From: the human T2T-CHM13v2.0 reference genome, Homo sapiens
Assembly: GCF_009914755.1 (NCBI RefSeq)
Contig: NC_060946.1
Length of the DNA: 64,000 nt
Strand: one strand, 5' to 3'
Made by a program: the position numbers and the translations under genes. Each line of letters starts with the position of its first letter. The stretch's first letter is position 1. Below the pieces are notes generated by a model. That model had not been told where the DNA came from. It made no database searches and saw only the letters and a program-made list of their open reading frames with translations. Below are positions 57,562 to 64,000 of this stretch, piece after piece.

Positions 57562-60500
57562 ATAAAAACTACATGGGTGATGGCATCATTTATACATGAG
57601 GTGTAAAAATGTGATGTTCTTATCACAAAGGAAATAAATGATTTATTCTTCATGCCATATATCAAAATGAAGGTCCAATGAAAATATCTTTTATGAAGAT
57701 AAATCTATATGGCAAAAAATTAAGTATTGATAAGTTTAACCCTACAGGTTGCATCAGGATTTTCAAGGTTTCCAGGGATGAGCAAGGCCCTGGAGTTTCC
57801 TCCTGTGACATTTTCCTGGAAGTTGCTCATGCTGTTATTCAATTTGAAAGTAGATAATATTGTTTGTTTCTCTTCCAATATTTACTAAATTCAAAATAAT
57901 ATAGGGCTCTTTACTCATAATTCTCAAACAATCATTCAGTCAGTGGGGCTCTGCTGAGGAAGAGCACAGACACATCCACACAAGTATAATGTTCCTCAAA
58001 TAGAGGACTTCTCCTTGTGCTGGAGCCACCTATGTTGCACTCGATCAGAGGCTTTCCCAGGATAGCATTTCTCTGCAGCCCTACCTCAGTCTTAACCCTG
58101 AAAATCCCACTCAGAAGGCGACGGATGAACACCCACCCTAGCATTCTAATCTAATGGATCCTCTCTTAACAATCCCTTCCAGGGATCTGGGATCTTTCCT
58201 GGATTCGTCGGCCACACACACCTAGGCTCAAAAATTTGGACAGAAACTTTGATCCTCATTGGCCCTCCTGCCCTGTCCTACCAGCTTCTCTAGAAGTATG
58301 CTTCTCTAATTGCTCCTTAGAGACACTATCTAAGGGTATCAACCTGTGCCAATATAATTGATCTCATAAAGTGAGAAGGGAAATAGGCAAGAGTCCAGCT
58401 AGCCTAGAAGCAGTGTCTAGGGTTCCTTACCTGATTTATGTCTCTGATTTACCTAAATATTGACAAATACAGATTCACCTCTAGGCAGTAGAAAAACAGA
58501 AGGAGAAATCCCAGTTCGTAGAGGAAGAAGAAAATGCAATCAATGCTGTCTAGAGTCCCGCTTAAGCTCAGCCACAGGGTACTAAGTCTCTTCAGGAAAA
58601 AGCAATGGTTGTCCATCATCTGAAAAACTGTGGCCTGGAACCATGGGCACCGAGAGTGCACACTGCCCACTAGAGTTCCATGCCTACATCACGGAGAGAT
58701 AGAATAGTCTCAAAGGATTCTTAAGAGTAATGTGGGGACCAAAAGGAGATGAATCCACAGTCTCTGCCTTACCGTCTGATCTAACTAATAGTATTTCCAG
58801 ACCTTTCTGTGGGCTGCACCAGGGGTTGTTCAGAAAGAAAAAAAGTTGTTAATGTCCCACCGTTTCCCGTAGCTTCCGAGGTCTGTGTTGTTCATACCCC
58901 AGGTTCCAGGTTGTTCTCCCACTACTTCCACAGAATCAGTGTGTCTCATTCCGGTACCTATAATCTCATCTTTATTCTAGTCACCCTCTACTTTTTTCTA
59001 GACACTTTATCTAGTAGAGCCAGGTAAAATAGAGACAAGAATATTTACATAAAACTTAGCTGGAACTAAGTTGGAGTCCCATAACTGCTACTAGGCTGAG
59101 ATGCAACTCAGAGGATACAAAAGCCAGGCTTGCCTAGAATTGCAGTTATGGGAAAGAAAGTCACATTTCACCCAGGAATTATTAGCACGAAATTCCAAGT
59201 TTGTGAAATAGATTCCTAGATGATTCCTAGATCCCCCAAACATTTCATCCTTATCTTGGAGGCAATCAGGAAGAGAAAATAAACCATACCTAATCAACAA
59301 ATTATCTAACCAGCATGTGTGGAAAAGGAGGGAACATCATAGAGTTGGCTTGTTTTAGTACGTGTGGTGAAAAATGCCGCGAAGTCAGAGCTCAATTGGT
59401 CTCAAAAGCCTAAAAGATGGCACAGATTAGCTTCACGGGACACATGGTATGGATGGTGTCAGCATACTGTTATGCTGAAGATGTCAAGAGTGGTGACTGA
59501 TATCTCAAGAAGTGGGCCAAAAGTCCACTTCTGGTTACTCTGCTTGGTATGGTCTAGGAGTTCTTCAACCATGAGACAAATAGGTCAACTTTCACCAGCA
59601 ACCCCAAGTCTGGTTTGCAGTATTAGACTCTGCGTTAGACACAGATTTAGGTTCAATCTGCAGCTTGATTGTTGTCACTCTCTAGAAAACAAACTCTTAC
59701 CATGGACTTCTAGATGAGTGATCCAGTTAGATCAGCATCTGAGATTGTCTCCAGTTTGCAGCCCAAAAGACATTCAGACAGTCTACAGTTTCCATTGTAG
59801 ATAACCAAACAGATAGAATATGTGCCATTATCCCAAACCCTGAGTTCTGACGTTTGAGAGGAGCAACTCTCATGCCAGGTTCTGTATGGCTGGCACAGGT
59901 TAAACAGCCACAGCGGCCCAGTGGACATCATGAGGTTTCACCTTCCCTGACTCATCTATGAACCAGGACCAGTCATATAGGAAACACTCAGTAAATTGGG
60001 GGCCCCACAGAGACAGCATCTTTGCTTCAGAGGATAGAAGGAGGCATAAAATTTCAACCAGCTGGGGATGCTCTAGCCCTCTATGGGTGAAACTGAGTTT
60101 GTCAGGAGTTCTGCAGCAAGCTCTTAGCTGACTTTCAAATCAGTGTAACCAGTAGTGTGTCACTGAGTCCAAAAGCCCAAAGAACACCTCTGGGAAGAGG
60201 CTAGTCCTTTACTAGAGGCTCCAAATGCCAAAATCAAGATTTTCTTGACCTCAGGATGAATTGATCAATGCAAATCTCCCCAAATATTTTCACTAAACCT
60301 TAATTGGAAAGTAAGACTCCAGATTTTTTAACTCTCACTAAACCTAAATATCTGATTTTTTCACCTGAGATCTATGTATGTGTGTTGGAGCATGCCTTTA
60401 CCAATCAGCATAAAGTTACATCTGTCATTGCGCCTCTACTTTCTACTTGTGCAGAGTTTAAAATGCAGAGGTGAGAGCTTAGGGTTTTCTGGGTCTTTTG

Positions 60501-60769
60501 CTAAGCATGTACCTGACCTTGAGCATCCCCAATTCCCCATTTCCTTCTTGATCCCAAAGACCGTTATCACAGTCTTAATTCCCAGCACCTTTTCCTCCTA
60601 GAGCTTTTTGACATGATTATTCTTAGACCCAACTGATATCCTTCGTTCCTGGTAGACTGCGTAGCTCATTTCCATTTAAATGCTTTTAGAAATATTAAAC
60701 TATGGATTTAAGATTTATCTGCTTTTTAAATTAAGTAATGCTGCTCTTAGCCTTCCACAGGACTTGAGG

Positions 60770-63700
60770 GTTATAAAAAAAAAGGAAGAAAATAATTATT
60801 TTATACCAATAGTATGAAAAAGAGACTGGGAATGACTATATTAATAGCAGACAAAATAGACTTAAAAACTTAAAAGAGACAATAAGACATTATATAGTCA
60901 TAGATTGTCCATTTGGCAGGAAGATAGAAATAGTTTAAACCCATACCTAATAATAAAACATTGAGATATAGAAAGCATAACTTGACAGAATTAAAGGGGC
61001 AAAAAGGCAGTTCTAAAATAATAGTTGAAGATGTTAATACTCCACTCTGAGTAATGAATAGAAAAATGAGATAGATGATAAATTAGGAAATAGAGTTCTT
61101 GAATAACTCAATGAACCAAATTGATCTAACAGATATATACAATATACTCCATCCAACAAAAGAGACTACACACTCTTCTCAAATGCACATGGGGATTTCC
61201 CCACGATGGGCTGTGTAGTAGATCTCAAATTAAATCAATAACAGAAGAAACGTTAGAAAGTTTACAAAACTGTATAAATTAAACAACATACCCTTAAACA
61301 ACAAATAAGTAAAGGAAGAAATCACAGAGGAAGTTGGAACATACTTACAGAGGAAGAAAAATGAAAACAAAACACATCAAAAGTTAAGAGAAACAGCAAA
61401 AAGAGTGCTAAGATGTAAAGTTTGCAGCTAAAATACATTTAAAAAGAACAAAGATTTCAAATAAATAATAACTTTATCACCTAGTAAATTAGAAAAATAA
61501 CACCAAATTAGATGCAAAGCAAAGAGAAAGAAGAAAATATTAAAGCTTTTAGCAGAGATAAATGCAATGGAGATTATACAAACCACAGAATTCCAAAAAA
61601 CCAAAAGTTCATTCTCACTTCTTCAAAAAATTAACAATTGGCAAACTTTCAGCTACACACACAAAAAATTAACAGCATATTCACATACTAAAATGAGAAA
61701 TGAAAGTGGGACATTACTACTAATTCAAAGAATTAAAATGTTTAAAAAACTGTACTGTGAACTATGATAGGATGATAAATTGGAAAACGTAGATAAAGTG
61801 GGCAGATTCCTAGGTATACAAGACTTGATTACAAAGAAATACAAAATCTGAATAGATACAAAACTACAAAGGAAATGGAATCAGTAATTAAAAGCCTCCT
61901 CATAAAGAAAAGCCCTTATTTTGTTGGCTTCACTAGTGATTTAGATCAAGCATTTATAGAACAAAAATCCTTTCCAAAGTCTACCAAAAGCCTGAAGAGA
62001 GCAGTTCCAAACTTATTCCATGAAGCCACCATTAGCTCATACCGAAGCCAGACAAAGATACTACAAAAACCCATAGACTAATATCCCTTATGAACACGGA
62101 TGCAAAACTAGTCAGCAACATCCTAGCTAACTACATTCAGCAGCATACTAGCAAGATTACAACCCATGACCAAGGGGAGTTTATTATTGGAATGAAAGGA
62201 AGTTTTAGCATATGGGTGGTTTCAGTGCAGTGGTGTTTACAAATAATTGATCACAACCAGTATAGATTTCTTTATTCTTTTTCCAGTCTCACTGGTTCAC
62301 TTAGCTAGCCTTTCTTAACAAAAGTTTAAGCATATGAAAATTAATCAATGCATATGCCACATTGACAAAATTTTTAAAAAGTATTCTCTCATTAATACAG
62401 ATAACATATTTTACAAAATTCAAAATATTTTATAATAAAAACAATAAATTAGGAATAAAAGGAAACTAGCTTTGTAAAATTCACATATAAAAACCCACAG
62501 CAAACAACATATTCCAGAGGAAAAGATCAAAAGTGTTTCCTCTAAGCTCCGAAGACAGAGTGAATATCTGCTCTTGCCAGCCACTTTTATTCAACACTGT
62601 ATTAGAAGTTTCATTCAGAGAAATTAAAAAAGACAATGAAATAAACTGCATCAAAGTGTGTACAGAAAATATATTCTTATATGTAGAAAATCTTTAAGAT
62701 TCCACACAAAAAATATTACAACTAATAAATTCAGCTGAATAGTAGCATACAAAATCAACATACAAAAACAAACTGCATTTTATGTAGTAACATGAATAAT
62801 CTGAGAAGAAAACTCTGAAAACAATTCAATTTACAATAGTATCAAAAGAATAAAGTAGTTAGGAAGTAACGAAGAAGTAAAATGCCAATTACTCTTGTGT
62901 AGATATTAAAAAATCAATTTTTAAGTTTATGGGGAATCTCAAAGATCTTTAAATTGCAAAAATAATTTTGAAAAAAATACCAAAGTTAGACAAGTCACAC
63001 TTAATGATTTCAAGACTTACTACAAAATTCCAAAATAGCATGCTACAAAGAGACTAATGGAGTAATATAGAAGGCCCATATAAATAAACCCTCATATATA
63101 AGGTCAAATGATTTTTATGGGAAATGAACTGCCTTTACAACAATTAGTGCTGGGGAAATTGGGTGCCCACATGTAAAAGAGTGAAGCTGGGCCCTTAACT
63201 TCTACTATAAGAAAAAATTAACTAACTGGATCAAAGACCTAAATGTAAGAGCTAAAACTACAAAATTCTTAGTATAAAATGTAGGTAAAACACGTCATAA
63301 GGCTGGATTTGGCAGTGATTTCTTTTAACAGGACACCAAAAACGCAAGAAACAAAAGAAAAATAGATAAAGAGGACTCTATCCAGAATATACAAAGAACA
63401 ATTCAGCAATAATAAACTACTTGTTTAAAATATGGGCAAAATACTTAAACAGATATTTCTCTAAAAATTATGTGAAGTGGCTTATAAGCCCATGAAAAGG
63501 TACTCAACAAAACCTTTTCATTTTCATTAGTAAAATGAAAATCTAACCCCAAATGACATATCACTTAATGCACATCAGCATAACTAGTACAAAAAGAAAA
63601 AAAAACAGAAAATCACAAGTGTTGGTGAGGAAGTGGAGCAGTTAGAACCCTTGTACACTTGGTGGAAATGTAAAATGCTGCAGCTGCTATAAAACAACAC

Positions 63701-64000
63701 CATAGTAACGAAATAATTTACACTCAAAATCACCGTATGATCCAGCAATTTCACATCTTGGTATGTTGCAAAAGATGTGAAAGCGAAGACACAAAATAAT
63801 ACACGTACACCTAAGCTCATAGCAGCATGACTCACATCACTCAAAAGGTTTTTGAATTACCTGTGTTGTTTGAATTATCATCAATGAATAAATAGATAAA
63901 ATGTGATTTATACATACAGTGGGATATTATTCAGTTATGAAAAATAAGGAAATTCTGACACATGGTACGTCATGCATGAACCTTAAGGACATTGTGCAAA
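60770..64000 (+). mobile_element. Old L1M ORF2 through 3' region
   Basis: EN/RT-region motifs (gatctaacagatatatac, [19 protein letters not shown]) and 3' motifs (tatgatccagcaatt). Confidence 0.9.
62214..62313 (+). pseudogene. RNY3: Y3 RNA retropseudogene
   Basis: agtgcagtggtgtttacaaataattgatcacaaccagt...gatttcttt...cactggttcactt...ctagccttt matches recalled hY3; TSD aagttt(t/a)agcatatg at 62200-62214 and 62322-62336. Confidence 0.92.

Overview
Repeat-dense primate genomic DNA, almost certainly human because it carries a near-consensus AluYb8. It looks like a pericentromeric/subtelomeric segmental-duplication mosaic. I find no intact protein-coding gene; the ORF track is essentially repeat- and pseudogene-derived. 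Recognisable components: (1) an intron-containing, internally deleted CLUH pseudogene (~3.8-7.6 kb, +) harbouring a MIR1324-like hairpin; (2) a ZNF91-type KRAB-ZNF CpG promoter and first exon (~13 kb, +) plus an isolated KRAB-ZNF linker-exon remnant (~36.3 kb), with no KRAB or finger exons recognised; (3) a processed CTDSP2 retrocopy (~17.2-20.4 kb, -) split by a same-sense solo LTR12; (4) a Y3 RNA retrocopy with target-site duplication (~62.2 kb); (5) many Alu, L1 and LTR elements, several nested, and an Alu-tail (GAA)n tract. Two chains of canonical minus-strand splice sites ending in AATAAA suggest candidate lncRNAs. Gene and repeat identities come from manual translation and recalled reference sequences, not database searches. 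I see no convincing novel biological system; the most interesting signals are regulatory recycling of pseudogene parts and paralog-specific variants.
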